This document shows positions 18,716 through 28,898 of a stretch of DNA of 64,000 nt, piece after piece. The stretch comes from Alphaproteobacteria bacterium. Lineage in GTDB: Bacteria > Pseudomonadota > Alphaproteobacteria > SPJN01. Position 1 is the stretch's first letter. The number at the start of each line of letters is the position of its first letter. Where the stretch lies: the NCBI GenBank assembly GCA_965227065.1, contig CBDDFN010000019.1, forward strand, positions 6,731-70,730, in the 5' to 3' direction. The position numbers and the translations under genes are program-made. The notes below the pieces were generated by a model. It made no database searches and had not been told where the DNA came from. It saw only the letters and a list, made by a program, of their open reading frames with translations.

Positions 18716-20958
18716 GCATCGAAACAAGCCCGCTTAACCCGCTTGTCGAAATCACCCCTGAGCTGATCGCCGAGCATGGCTTGAGCGAGGATGAGTATCA
18801 GACCATTCTCGACATGCTGGGGCGTGAGCCCTCAGGCACCGAGCTTGGCATTTTTTCGGCCATGTGGTCGGAGCATTGCTCCTACAAAAGCTCAAAAGTC
18901 TGGCTGAAAACGCTACCCACCGAAGGCCCGCAGGTCATTTGCGGCCCCGGTGAAAATGCCGGCGTCGTCGATATTGGCGGCGGTCAGGCTTGCGTCTTCA
19001 AGATGGAAAGCCACAATCACCCCAGCTTCATCGAACCCTATCAGGGCGCGGCAACCGGGGTTGGCGGTATTTTGCGCGACGTCTTTACGATGGGCGCGCG
19101 TCCCATTGCCAATATGAATGCGCTGCGCTTCGGCGCGCCCGATCACGCCAAGACGCGCCATCTGGTGTCGGGCGTGGTCGCGGGGATCGGCGGTTACGGC
19201 AATTGCATCGGGGTGCCGACCGTGGGCGGGGAAACCAATTTCCATCCCGCTTACAATGGCAATATTCTGGTCAATGCCATGACCGTGGGCATCGCCGATG
19301 CCGACAAGATCTTTTATTCAGCCGCTGCCGGTGTCGGCAATCCGGTCGTCTATGTCGGCTCCAAAACCGGCCGCGACGGCATTCATGGCGCGACCATGGC
19401 CTCGGCCGAGTTTGACGCGGACAGCGAAGAGAAACGGCCCACCGTGCAGGTCGGCGACCCGTTCACAGAAAAACTCCTGCTGGAAGCCTGCCTTGAACTC
19501 ATGGCGACCGATGCAATCATCGCCATTCAAGATATGGGGGCAGCCGGGCTGACCAGCTCCTCGGTTGAAATGGCATCCAAAGGCGGGGTGGGGATTGAAA
19601 TCAATCTCGACCATGTCCCCACGCGGGAAGAGGCGATGAACGCCTATGAGATCATGCTGTCGGAAAGCCAGGAACGCATGCTGATGATCCTCAAGCCCGG
19701 TCATGAGGATGAGGCCCGCGCGGTGTTCGAAAAATGGGATCTCGATTTCGCCATCATCGGCGTGCTGACCGATACCGGCCATCTGGTCTTGAAGCAGGAA
19801 GGCGTCACCGTCTGCGATCTGCCGCTTGATCCGATTGGTGAAAAGGCGCCGATGTATGAGCGCCCGCATGAAGAAACCCCGCTTCAGTCGCGCCTGCGCG
19901 CTGAAGAGGTCGAGGCACCCGACAATGTGATTGACGCGCTCAAGACCCTGATGGCCTCGCCTGATTTGTGCTCACGCCGCTGGATCTGGGAACAATATGA
20001 CCATCAGGTCATGGCCGACACGGTGTCGGGCCCCGGCGGTGATGCCGCTGTGGTGCGCGTGCACGGCACCGACAAGGCGCTTGCCATCACAACCGATGTC
20101 ACCCCGCGCTATTGTTTTGCCGACCCCAAAGAGGGCGGCAAGCAGGCGGTTGCCGAAGCCTGGCGGAACCTGACCGCCGTGGGCGCCAAGCCGCTTGCGG
20201 TCACCAACTGCCTGAATTTCGGCAATCCGACCAAGCCGCGCATCATGGGCCAGTTTGCCCTGTGCGTGACCGGCATGGGCGAGGCGTGCGCCGCGCTCGA
20301 CTTCCCGGTCGTGTCGGGCAATGTCTCGCTCTACAACGAAACCCAGGGCGTTGCGATCCTGCCCACACCCGCAATTGGCGGGGTCGGCCTGCTGGAAGAC
20401 GCCACCAAACGCGTCGGCATTGCGCCCACCGCACCGGGCCAGGTCATTTTGATGATCGGCAAATGCGGCGGGCATCTGGGCCAGTCGCTTTACCTGCGCG
20501 AAGTGTGCGGCCGCGAAGACGGCGCGCCGCCAGCGGTTGATCTTGAGGCGGAACGGATGACAGGCGATTTTGTCCGCACGCTGATCCATGACGGCATTGC
20601 CAAGGCCGTGCATGATATTTCCGATGGCGGGCTGTTGGTCGCCGCCGCCGAAATGGCGCTGGCCGCCAATATGGGCATTGCGCTCACCCCGCCCAGCACG
20701 TGTGAGTATAATCACGCTTATCTGTTTGGCGAGGATCAGGCCCGCTATCTGGTCGCCATCGAGGAAGAGGATGCCGATCAGGTCATCACCACCGCGCTCA
20801 AAGACAAGGTGCCGGTCACCCGGATCGGCCGTGTGAATGGCCGTGACCTCAGCATTGAGGAAATGGGTGAAATTCAACTTGATGAGTTGCGCACCCTTCA
20901 CGAAGCCTGGCTGCCCACCTATATGTCAGGAGAGAGCCACAATGAGGATGATGCCTGA
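18712..20958 (+). CDS. purL: FGAM synthase subunit PurL
   Basis: 748-aa AIR-synthase-related protein with duplicated PurM-like domains. It overlaps the purQ stop by 4 bp. Confidence 0.95.
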   Translation: MSIETSPLNPLVEITPELIAEHGLSEDEYQTILDMLGREPSGTELGIFSAMWSEHCSYKSSKVWLKTLPTEGPQVICGPGENAGVVDIGGGQACVFKMESHNHPSFIEPYQGAATGVGGILRDVFTMGARPIANMNALRFGAPDHAKTRHLVSGVVAGIGGYGNCIGVPTVGGETNFHPAYNGNILVNAMTVGIADADKIFYSAAAGVGNPVVYVGSKTGRDGIHGATMASAEFDADSEEKRPTVQVGDPFTEKLLLEACLELMATDAIIAIQDMGAAGLTSSSVEMASKGGVGIEINLDHVPTREEAMNAYEIMLSESQERMLMILKPGHEDEARAVFEKWDLDFAIIGVLTDTGHLVLKQEGVTVCDLPLDPIGEKAPMYERPHEETPLQSRLRAEEVEAPDNVIDALKTLMASPDLCSRRWIWEQYDHQVMADTVSGPGGDAAVVRVHGTDKALAITTDVTPRYCFADPKEGGKQAVAEAWRNLTAVGAKPLAVTNCLNFGNPTKPRIMGQFALCVTGMGEACAALDFPVVSGNVSLYNETQGVAILPTPAIGGVGLLEDATKRVGIAPTAPGQVILMIGKCGGHLGQSLYLREVCGREDGAPPAVDLEAERMTGDFVRTLIHDGIAKAVHDISDGGLLVAAAEMALAANMGIALTPPSTCEYNHAYLFGEDQARYLVAIEEEDADQVITTALKDKVPVTRIGRVNGRDLSIEEMGEIQLDELRTLHEAWLPTYMSGESHNEDDA

Positions 20959-21194
20959 TGGCCATGGAAGCCCAGCAAATTGAAGCCATGATCCGCGAGG
21001 CCCTGCCCGATGCCGAAGTGCGCATTGAGGATCTCGCCGGGGATGGCGATCACTATGCGGCCCATGTCACCTCTGCGGCCTTTCGCGGCAAGACCCGTGT
21101 GCAGCAGCACCAAATGGTTTATGCTGCCCTTCAAGGAAAAATGGGCGGTGAGCTTCACGCTCTGGCGCTGCAAACAGCGGTTCCGTCCGAATAA
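20958..21194 (+). CDS. BolA family protein
   Basis: 78 aa with the BolA fold. The purL-bolA-grxD arrangement is conserved in alphaproteobacteria. Confidence 0.85.
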   Translation: MAMEAQQIEAMIREALPDAEVRIEDLAGDGDHYAAHVTSAAFRGKTRVQQHQMVYAALQGKMGGELHALALQTAVPSE

Positions 21195-21206
21195 AGGAAG
21201 CAAGCG

Positions 21207-21560
21207 ATGTCTGACCAAACTGCCGAACAATTCATCAAGTCCCAGATTGACGACAATGACGTGGTTGTGTTCATGAAAGGCACGCCGGTCTTTCCCCAGT
21301 GCGGCTTTTCCAATCTGGTTGTGAACGTCCTGTCTTATCTCGACGTGCCGTTTGCCGGTATCAATGTGCTGGAAAATGACGACCTGCGTCAGGGCATCAA
21401 GGACTTTTCCAACTGGCCGACCATCCCCCAGCTTTATGTGAAGGGTGAATTTGTCGGCGGCTGCGATATCGTCAAGGAAATGTTCGAGAATGGCGAACTT
21501 CAGGCCTATTTCGCTCAAAAGGGAATCGAGGTGAAGCAAGGCGAACCCGCTTCCGCCTGA
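21207..21560 (+). CDS. grxD: Grx4-family monothiol glutaredoxin
   Basis: CGFS active-site motif (PQCGFSN). 117 aa. Confidence 0.92.
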   Translation: MSDQTAEQFIKSQIDDNDVVVFMKGTPVFPQCGFSNLVVNVLSYLDVPFAGINVLENDDLRQGIKDFSNWPTIPQLYVKGEFVGGCDIVKEMFENGELQAYFAQKGIEVKQGEPASA

Positions 21561-21654
21561 ACCCGCTTTCCCGCTTAACAGGGTCAACCTTCTCGCAGCT
21601 TGTGCCCCAGCTGGGTTAGTCTCGTTCAATATCTGAACAGAGGAGACAGCCCCG

Positions 21655-22575
21655 TGGAAACGCTCAAAACCATGACTTACGAGGTCACCGGCAAGGTGGC
21701 CCGCATCACGCTCAATCGCCCCAAGCGCGGCAATGGCATTACGCCGAGCCTGCCGCGCGAACTGGCCCATTGCGTTGAACGCGCCGATCTTGACCCGGCG
21801 GTTCATGTCATCGCGCTGGCTGGCAATGGATCGGGCTTTTGCGGCGGCTATGACCTTGTTCAAAGCGCGGAAAAAATGGGTGATGGCTACGCCAATGAGG
21901 AGCTTGCGCGCGCCAAGGGCTCACCGCTTGATCCTTATGTGCAATCGGCCAATCACGACCCTGACGAAGTGTGGGATCCGGTCACCGACTACGCCATGAT
22001 GAGCCGCAATGTGAAAGGCTTTATGAGCCTGTTTCACGCCAACAAGCCGGTTGTGTGCAAGGTGCACGGCTTTTGCGTCGCGGGCGGCACCGATATGGCG
22101 CTGTGTTCGGACCTGCTGGTGATTGCCGAAGACGCCAAGATCGGCTATCCGCCCGCCCGCCGTCTGGGGTTCACCCACCACATCGCTCTGGGCGTTCCGT
22201 ATCGGCATTGAAAAGGCCAAGCGGCTTTTGTTCACCGGCGATTGCCTGTCGGGCCAAGAGGCGGTGGAGTGGGGACTGGCCATTGAAAGCGCGCCGGCCG
22301 AAAAGCTCGATGAGCGGTTTGAAATCCTGCTCGAACGCATCGCCCGTATGCCGGTCAACCAACTGGTGATGATGAAGCTTCTGGTCAATCAGACGGTGAA
22401 CGCCATGGGCCTTGCCAACACCCAGACCATGGGTGTGTTTTTCGACGGCATCACCCGGCACACACCCGAAGGCTACGCGTTCCAGCAGCGTGCAGCCGAG
22501 GCGGGCTTTAAACAGGCCGTCCGCGAGCGTGACGAGCCGTTCGGTGATTTCGGCATGAGCACCTTTAAGGGCTGA
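21655..22575 (+). pseudogene. enoyl-CoA hydratase/isomerase (crotonase) family gene interrupted by a single-base frameshift
   Basis: ORF 21600-22211 has a crotonase N-terminal half (ITLNRPKRGN, oxyanion-hole GGYDL, VCKVHGFCVAGG). ORF 22123-22575 is the crotonase C-terminal half in another frame. An extra c near 22160-22170 (cgcCgtctgg) splits ...KIGYPPAR from VWG.PTTSLWAF.... GTG start at 21655, 8 nt after an AGGAGA RBS. Confidence 0.8.
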
Positions 22576-22596
22576 CAAGCCCTCATCAGATCACAA

Positions 22597-22627
22597 AAAA
22601 GGCCGGGCGTCCGGCCCGGCCTTTTGA
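22597..22627. terminator. bidirectional rho-independent terminator between the crotonase gene (+) and rpsD (-)
   Basis: AAAAAA-GGCCGGG-cgtccgg-CCCGGCC-TTTTGAA: a GC-rich hairpin flanked by an A-run and a T-run. Confidence 0.8.
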
Positions 22628-22645
22628 AGTGTGTGAAAGTCCCGC

Positions 22646-23263
22646 TTAGCGCGAGTAATATTCGACCACCAGATTGGGTTCCATCTGGGTCGGATAAGGC
22701 ACTTCCGAAAATTCAGGGACGCGCACGAAGGTCGCGGCCATTTTCTTGTGGTCAACTTCGATATATTCAGGAACGTCACGCTCCTGGCTATCGACGGCTT
22801 CCAGCACCAACGCCATCTGCTTGCCCTTCTGACGGACTTCGATGACGTCGCCTTCTTTCAGGCGGTAGCTGGGGATATTCACTTTGACGCCGTTCACCCG
22901 GACATGGCCGTGATTGACGAACTGGCGGGCCGCAAAGACGGTCGGCACGAATTTGGCGCGATAGACGGCGGCATCGAGGCGGCGCTCGAGAAGGCCGATC
23001 AGGCCCTCAACCGTATCGCCGCGCATGGCGACGGCTTCGTCATAGGTGCGGCGGAATTGTTTTTCCGAGATATTGCCATAATAACCCTTCAGCTTTTGCT
23101 TGGCGCGCAACTGCAGACCGAAGTCCGACAGCTTGCCCTTGCGGCGCTGACCGTGCTGGCCGGGGCCATATTCACGTTTGTTGATGGGGCTTTTGGCGCG
23201 GCCCCACAGGTTTTCACCCATGCGGCGGTCAATTTTATACTTGGCGGAGATGCGCTTTGACAT
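22646..23263 (-). CDS. rpsD: 30S ribosomal protein S4
   Basis: 205-aa S4 with an S4 RNA-binding domain. The ~190-nt GC-rich region upstream looks like a leader. Confidence 0.95.
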   Translation of the reverse strand: MSKRISAKYKIDRRMGENLWGRAKSPINKREYGPGQHGQRRKGKLSDFGLQLRAKQKLKGYYGNISEKQFRRTYDEAVAMRGDTVEGLIGLLERRLDAAVYRAKFVPTVFAARQFVNHGHVRVNGVKVNIPSYRLKEGDVIEVRQKGKQMALVLEAVDSQERDVPEYIEVDHKKMAATFVRVPEFSEVPYPTQMEPNLVVEYYSR

Positions 23264-23454
23264 CGTCGCTTCCTTTTTATGGCGGCATGCGGCAGGCCGG
23301 ATCGGACCGCATATCCACTGCTCCGAAAAATAAATGCCCCCGGGACCCGGCCTGGTGGCCCGGAAGGCAGTTAAGGCCGCGCACTATAGCCATGGTGCGC
23401 GGCCCGTCAAGCCTGTGGCCCGCGACATTTGCCGCAGGGTTTTCAAGCCCCCGA

Positions 23455-23904
23455 TCAGTCGGGTTTAGAATAGCGCACCGTCACCCGGCGCTGAAACACC
23501 GTCCGGGATTGCGCCGGTGCCGGCACAATGATGGACGAATCGGCGACCCCGTCGCCGCCGGTGGTCGCAGCCGCAATGTCAAGCGACTGGCGGCGGGTCA
23601 GCTGATCATCCACATAGATCGGAAACCGGCCCCAGGTCTGGCCTTCCTTGATGTGGATGGCCGAGGGTATTTCGACATCCTTTTCCCCCGAATGGGCAAA
23701 AAAGACGGTCACACCGTCAGGCCCTGCGGGCTTGTCGAGGCTGACATAGCCGGCATGCACAAAACCGGCCTGCATATCGCGCGGCAGGCGGATCTTTTCG
23801 ACCACCGTTTCGCCGGAATGGGTCTTGTCCTCAGCCAATGCGACTGAGCTCAAGGTGATGGCCACAGCCCCGGCCATCAGACTTTTGGTCACTGAATGAA
23901 ACAT
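23455..23904 (-). CDS. hypothetical exported protein
   Basis: Likely starts at MFHSVTKSLMAGAVAITLSSVALA (a signal peptide), ~150 aa. The upstream in-frame extension to 24027 was rejected. Confidence 0.5.
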   Translation of the reverse strand: MFHSVTKSLMAGAVAITLSSVALAEDKTHSGETVVEKIRLPRDMQAGFVHAGYVSLDKPAGPDGVTVFFAHSGEKDVEIPSAIHIKEGQTWGRFPIYVDDQLTRRQSLDIAAATTGGDGVADSSIIVPAPAQSRTVFQRRVTVRYSKPD

Positions 23905-24102
23905 CGCTCCCTCCTCCGTTCGAAGCAGGAATAAGCCTACGCTCATCGCAAAATCTGTATATGCAACAGTGTTGCGGAAATGGGACGGCCATTCCCGCAC
24001 GAAAATTGTGCGGCGCACAATAACCACAGAGATTCAAGGGCTTAACAAAAAATTAAAGCAACGGCAGGGACTTACCGGAATTCCGGGCCGAAGTCCCATA
24101 TC

Positions 24103-24918
24103 TTATTGCTGGTCCGGTTCACCCCGTTCGCGGCGCTCCCCCAGCCGCACCAGCGACTTGATGATGCCGCGCAGGGTCTGCACTTCATGATGCTGAAGAT
24201 CGGCGCGGGCGAACAGCGCGCGCAAATTGCGGATCATGCCCGGCCGTTTATCGGGCGGGGCCAGAAAGCCCGCCGCAATCAATTCAGATTCCAGATGCTC
24301 ATACAGATGGATGACATCCTGTTTGGGCGCCCGGCCCTGCCGGCCTTCAGGAACTTCAACCGGCGGCTGATCAGCTTCCAGCCGGAACCATTCATAGGCC
24401 ATCAACAGCACCGCCTGCCCGATATTGAGCGAGGCGAAGGCGGGATTGACCGGATAGGTGATGATCGCATCAGCGAGCGAAATTTCCTCATTATTGAGGC
24501 CCCAGCGTTCGCGCCCGAACAGAATGCCCGTTTTGGCATCGGGCGCGGCCCGGGCCAGCGTGCGCATTTCCGACGCCGCCACATGGGGCGCCATCACCGG
24601 CTTCACCAAATCGCGCGGCCGCGCAGTGGTGGCATAGACATGATTGAGATCAGCCACCGCCTCTTCCACAGTCTCAAACACGCGCGCGCCTTCAATCACC
24701 GGCAGCGCACCGGCTGAAGCACTTTCAGCCTTTCCATTGGGCCAGCCATCGCGCGGATTGACCAGACGCAGTTCGGTCAGACCGAAATTGAGCATGGCGC
24801 GTGCGCACGTCCCGATATTTTCGCCCAATTGGGGCTCACACAGCACCACAATGGGTGCACGCAGCCCCGCCAGCAAGGCGGCGGCTTCATCCTGCTTTGT
24901 TTTGTCGGTTCCGGCCAT
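24103..24918 (-). CDS. SpoU/TrmH-family RNA 2'-O-methyltransferase (TrmJ/LasT-like)
   Basis: SPOUT-fold motifs VVLCEPQLGENIGTCARAMLNFG and AIITYP. Start at MAGTDKTK (24918); the longer ORF to 25101 lies inside rarD. Confidence 0.75.
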   Translation of the reverse strand: MAGTDKTKQDEAAALLAGLRAPIVVLCEPQLGENIGTCARAMLNFGLTELRLVNPRDGWPNGKAESASAGALPVIEGARVFETVEEAVADLNHVYATTARPRDLVKPVMAPHVAASEMRTLARAAPDAKTGILFGRERWGLNNEEISLADAIITYPVNPAFASLNIGQAVLLMAYEWFRLEADQPPVEVPEGRQGRAPKQDVIHLYEHLESELIAAGFLAPPDKRPGMIRNLRALFARADLQHHEVQTLRGIIKSLVRLGERRERGEPDQQ

Positions 24919-25789
24919 TGTCTCGCAAAAGATCGAAAGTAAAGAGCAGCAGGCCCGCCCAGACGAGCCCGAAAGTGATGAGATGCCCGCTCGTGAACGG
25001 CTCGTCAAACACAAAGACCGCAATGGAAAATTGCAGGCTGGGCGTGATGAACTGGCAAAGCCCGACATGGGCAAGCGGAATGGCACGCGCCCCGGCCGCA
25101 AAACACAGCAGAGGCAAGGCCGTTACGGTGCCGAGCGCGACAAGCTGCAAAAGATCGATGGACAACGGATATGGCGCAATGGTCAGCCCCGGGCCTGCTT
25201 GCGCCCAGAAGACCAGCGCGCCGAGCGCCAAAGGGGTGAGCAAAGCGCTTTCAACCACCAACCCTTCCAGCGATTCGACGGTCGCGACCTTGCGCAACAG
25301 CCCGTAAAGCCCGAATGACAGGCCCAGAACCAGGGCAATCCAGGGCAGCTCCCCAATCGTGATGAGATGCTGGACAATGGCAAGTGTGGCGAGCAGCACG
25401 GCGACGCTTTGCAGCCGCGTCATCCGTTCCTTGAGCACAACAAAGCCCAGCGCCACCGATACCAGCGGATTGATGAAATAGCCCAGACTGGCATCCAGCG
25501 CCTGGTTTGAGACCACCGCATAGACAAACACCGTCCAGTTCATGGCGATCAGGATGGTGCTGCCCACAATGATCGGCCGCCCCCGCCGGTCAGCCAGCAC
25601 GCGAAACGCGCTCCAGAACTTGCCGAAGATCAGCGCGGCAAGACCGGCCACCACAAGCGTCCAGACGATGCGATGGGCGATGATCTCGCCGGCGGGGATA
25701 TGATCAAGCTGTTTGAAAAACAGCGGAAACACCCCCCACAGGCCAAAGCCTGCAAGGGTGAGCACATAGCCCCGCGTGATCTGGTTCAC
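24887..25789 (-). CDS. rarD: EamA/RarD-family transporter
   Basis: 300-aa protein with 10 TM segments. The N-terminus MNQITRGYVLTLAGFGLWGVFPLFFK matches RarD. Confidence 0.82.
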   Translation of the reverse strand: MNQITRGYVLTLAGFGLWGVFPLFFKQLDHIPAGEIIAHRIVWTLVVAGLAALIFGKFWSAFRVLADRRGRPIIVGSTILIAMNWTVFVYAVVSNQALDASLGYFINPLVSVALGFVVLKERMTRLQSVAVLLATLAIVQHLITIGELPWIALVLGLSFGLYGLLRKVATVESLEGLVVESALLTPLALGALVFWAQAGPGLTIAPYPLSIDLLQLVALGTVTALPLLCFAAGARAIPLAHVGLCQFITPSLQFSIAVFVFDEPFTSGHLITFGLVWAGLLLFTFDLLRDNGRNRQNKAG

Positions 25790-27399
25790 ACTTTGGCCCC
25801 GGATTTGAACAGCTTGTAGGTGATCGAATCGACCAAGGCCTGGAAGCTTGCATCCACGATATTGTCGCTGACACCCACGGTGAACCAGCGCGCGCCGGTT
25901 TCATCCTTGCTTTCAATCATCACACGGGTGACCGAGGCGGTGCCTTGCGCGCCTTCGGTTTGCAGGATGCGCACCTTGAAGTCGGCCAGTTCTATGCCCG
26001 CGATCAAATCGGAATATTTGCCAAGGTCTTTGCGCAACGCCACATCGAGTGCGTTGATCGGGCCATGCTCGCCTTCGGCGACCGAATGAACCTCATGGCC
26101 GTCAATGTCGAGTTTGACGCTGGCTTCCGACACGGTCTTGAGTTCACCGCGCGCATCATAACGCCGTTCCACTTCAACCTTGAATTTCTCCACTTTAAAG
26201 TAGCTCGGCACCTGGCCCAGCGTGCGCCGCGCCAGAAGCTCGAACGAGGCTTCCGCGCCATCATAGGAATAGCCCTGAAATTCGCGATCCTTCACCGCCT
26301 CAAGCAGGCGGCCAACTTTGGGGTCCTTGGGATCAACGGCAATGCCAAGCCCGTCCAGACGCGACAGAACATTGGATTTGCCCGACTGGTTCGACACCAG
26401 AACATGACGTTCATTGCCGACCAGGGCGGGCTCGATATGCTCATAGGTCTTGGGATCTTTTTCAACCGCCGAGGCATGAAGCCCGCCTTTATGCGCAAAA
26501 GCCGATGCGCCGACATAAGGCGCGTGGCGGTTGGGCTGCCGGTTGAGCACTTCATCGAGCATGCGCGAGACACGCGACAGGCTGGCGAGTTGGTCCGCGC
26601 TGATGCCGGTTTCCACCGTATCGGCAAAGGGCGGCTTGAGCACGAAACTGGGGATCAGCGAGATCATATTGGCATTGCCGCAACGCTCGCCCAGCCCGTT
26701 GAGTGTGCCTTGCACCTGACGCACCCCGGCATGAACAGCGGCCAGCGAATTGGACACTGCATTGCCGGTGTCATTATGCGCATGGATGCCCAGCCGCTCG
26801 CCGGGGATATGGGCGACCAGCTCAGAGACGATGTCATGCACCTCATGGGGCATGGTGCCACCATTGGTGTCACACAAAACGATCCAGCGGGCACCCGCCT
26901 CATAGGCCGCCATCACACAGTCCAGCGTGTAGGTCTTGTTGGCCTTCCAGCCATCAAAGAAATGTTCGGCATCAAACATCGGCTCACGGCCTGATGCCTT
27001 GAGATGGGCGATGGAGGAGCCGATCGCATCGACATTTTCCTCGCGCGGCACGCCAAGCGCGACATCGACATGGAAATCCCACGCCTTGCCGACAATACAC
27101 ACTGCCGGGGCACCTGAATTGATCAGGTCCGACAGGCCTGGATCATTTTCCGCCGAGCGGCCGGGCCGCCGGGTCATGCCAAAGGCAGTGAAGGTTGCCG
27201 TGTTGAGCGCGGGGGCTTGCGCGAAAAAGGCCGTGTCGGTCGGGTTTGCGCCGGGCCAGCCGCCTTCGACATAATCAACCCCAAGCACATCGAGAGCCTT
27301 GGCAATGTGACGCTTGTCCTCAACAGAGAAATCAACCCCTTGGGTCTGCGCGCCATCGCGCAGCGTGGTGTCAAACAGGTAAAGCCGTTCTTTGCTCAT
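25786..27399 (-). CDS. cimA: citramalate synthase / 2-isopropylmalate synthase family (LeuA-CimA type with C-terminal regulatory domain)
   Basis: 537 aa. The N-terminus LFDTTLRDGAQTQGVDFSVEDK and HxH motifs (GIHAHNDTG) identify it as a DRE-TIM metallolyase. Confidence 0.85.
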   Translation of the reverse strand: MSKERLYLFDTTLRDGAQTQGVDFSVEDKRHIAKALDVLGVDYVEGGWPGANPTDTAFFAQAPALNTATFTAFGMTRRPGRSAENDPGLSDLINSGAPAVCIVGKAWDFHVDVALGVPREENVDAIGSSIAHLKASGREPMFDAEHFFDGWKANKTYTLDCVMAAYEAGARWIVLCDTNGGTMPHEVHDIVSELVAHIPGERLGIHAHNDTGNAVSNSLAAVHAGVRQVQGTLNGLGERCGNANMISLIPSFVLKPPFADTVETGISADQLASLSRVSRMLDEVLNRQPNRHAPYVGASAFAHKGGLHASAVEKDPKTYEHIEPALVGNERHVLVSNQSGKSNVLSRLDGLGIAVDPKDPKVGRLLEAVKDREFQGYSYDGAEASFELLARRTLGQVPSYFKVEKFKVEVERRYDARGELKTVSEASVKLDIDGHEVHSVAEGEHGPINALDVALRKDLGKYSDLIAGIELADFKVRILQTEGAQGTASVTRVMIESKDETGARWFTVGVSDNIVDASFQALVDSITYKLFKSGAKV

Positions 27400-27410
27400 T
27401 GCTCTTATCC

Positions 27411-28718
27411 TCAGGCTCTGCGCCAGGTCGTGCCTTGGGGGCCATCTTCCAACTGGACCCCCTGCCGGGTTAATTCCGCGCGAATTTCATCGGCGCGGGC
27501 ATAGTTCTTGTCTGTCTTGGCCTGGGCGCGTTCGGCAATCAGCGCCTCGATGGCGCCTGCGTCAAGCCCCGCCTGGAACCAGCCGCTGGCGGTTTGCGGC
27601 AATAGCCCCAGAAGCGCAGCGCTCGCCTTGAGCGTTGCGGGATCATCAATCTGGTGGAGCGCTGCCACCGCGCCGGGCGTGTTGAGGTCATCAGACAGGG
27701 CGGCAATGACCGCCGGGTCGGGCGTTCCCGCCTGGGCCTCACCCACCTTGCGGTACCATTTGTCGAGCACGGTCTTTGCCTCGCCCACGCCCTCTTCAGT
27801 CCAGTCGAGCGGCTGGCGGTAATGGGTCATCAACAGGGCAAGGCGTACCGCCTCGCCCTCATGATTTTCCAGAAGGTCGTGAATGGTGATGAAATTGCCC
27901 AGCGATTTGGACATTTTCTCACCCTCAACCGTCAGATAGCCATTGTGCATCCAATAGTTCACATACTTGCAGCCATGGGCGCCGGTTGACTGGGCGCATT
28001 CATTTTCATGATGGGGGAAGATCAGGTCACGCCCGCCGCCATGAATATCGAAATTCGCGCCCAGATGCTTGGCCGACATGGCCGAACATTCAATGTGCCA
28101 GCCCGGCCGCCCCTTGCCCCACGGACTGTCCCAGCCGACCATGTCGCCCGGTGAAGGCTTCCACAGAACAAAGTCCATGGGATTTTTCTTATAGGGCGCA
28201 ACCTCGACGCGGGCGCCCGCCTCCATATCCTCGACCGAGCGGTTCGACAGGCTGCCATAATCGTCCTTGGCCGCCACATCAAACAGCACATGGCCTTCGG
28301 CCTCGTAAGCCAGACCCTTGGCAATCAGCGTTTCGATCATCGCCACCATCTCGCCGATATGGGCGGTCGCGCGCGGCTCCACCGTCGGCGGCAGCGTATT
28401 AAGCGCGGCAATATCGGCGTGAAACTGCGCGGTTGTCTGGGTGGTCAGATCCTCGATCGTCCGGCCTTCCTGGGCGGCGCGGGTGATGATCTTGTCTTCA
28501 ACGTCGGTGATGTTGCGCGCATAGGTGACATGCGCGTCGCCGTAAACATGCTTGAGCAGGCGGAACAGCACATCAAACACGACGACAGGCCGGGCATTGC
28601 CAATATGGGCAAAGTCATAAACGGTCGGGCCGCAGACATAGAGGCGCACATTCGAAGGGTCGATGGGTTCAAAGACCTCTTTCGTCCGGGCTTTGGTATT
28701 GTAGACCTCAAGGGACAT
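27411..28718 (-). CDS. cysS: cysteine--tRNA ligase
   Basis: HIGH motif (HIGNARP), KMSKS, zinc-binding Cys residues and the C-terminus ...[13 protein letters not shown]. 435 aa. Confidence 0.93.
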   Translation of the reverse strand: MSLEVYNTKARTKEVFEPIDPSNVRLYVCGPTVYDFAHIGNARPVVVFDVLFRLLKHVYGDAHVTYARNITDVEDKIITRAAQEGRTIEDLTTQTTAQFHADIAALNTLPPTVEPRATAHIGEMVAMIETLIAKGLAYEAEGHVLFDVAAKDDYGSLSNRSVEDMEAGARVEVAPYKKNPMDFVLWKPSPGDMVGWDSPWGKGRPGWHIECSAMSAKHLGANFDIHGGGRDLIFPHHENECAQSTGAHGCKYVNYWMHNGYLTVEGEKMSKSLGNFITIHDLLENHEGEAVRLALLMTHYRQPLDWTEEGVGEAKTVLDKWYRKVGEAQAGTPDPAVIAALSDDLNTPGAVAALHQIDDPATLKASAALLGLLPQTASGWFQAGLDAGAIEALIAERAQAKTDKNYARADEIRAELTRQGVQLEDGPQGTTWRRA

Positions 28719-28898
28719 GTCGGTTGCTCCAATAGAAAATCATCGTGTTCCGCCTGTCGGGGAACCCGGTCCGCTTCGTTTCCTGCCTGTCAAAAGAATG
28801 TGAGGAACGGTTCGCGGCCGGGGTCAGCCGCAAATAATCCAAATCGCAATGGGACGCATGCTCATCTGCATTGGTCCGGTCCTCAGTTTCGTCCTGCG

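Noticed and set aside
18913-20901. Long antisense ORFs inside purL (18913-19245, 19318-19869, 19972-20901 minus strand).
   Set aside because: purL is intact and highly conserved on the plus strand. The antisense ORFs are a GC-rich artefact with Arg/Gly/Ala-rich translations.
24919-25101. N-terminal extensions of the SpoU methyltransferase (to 25101) and of the exported protein (23905-24027).
   Set aside because: The extensions overlap the upstream gene or lack an RBS. Internal Mets give canonical N-termini (MAGTDK..., and the signal peptide MFHSV...).
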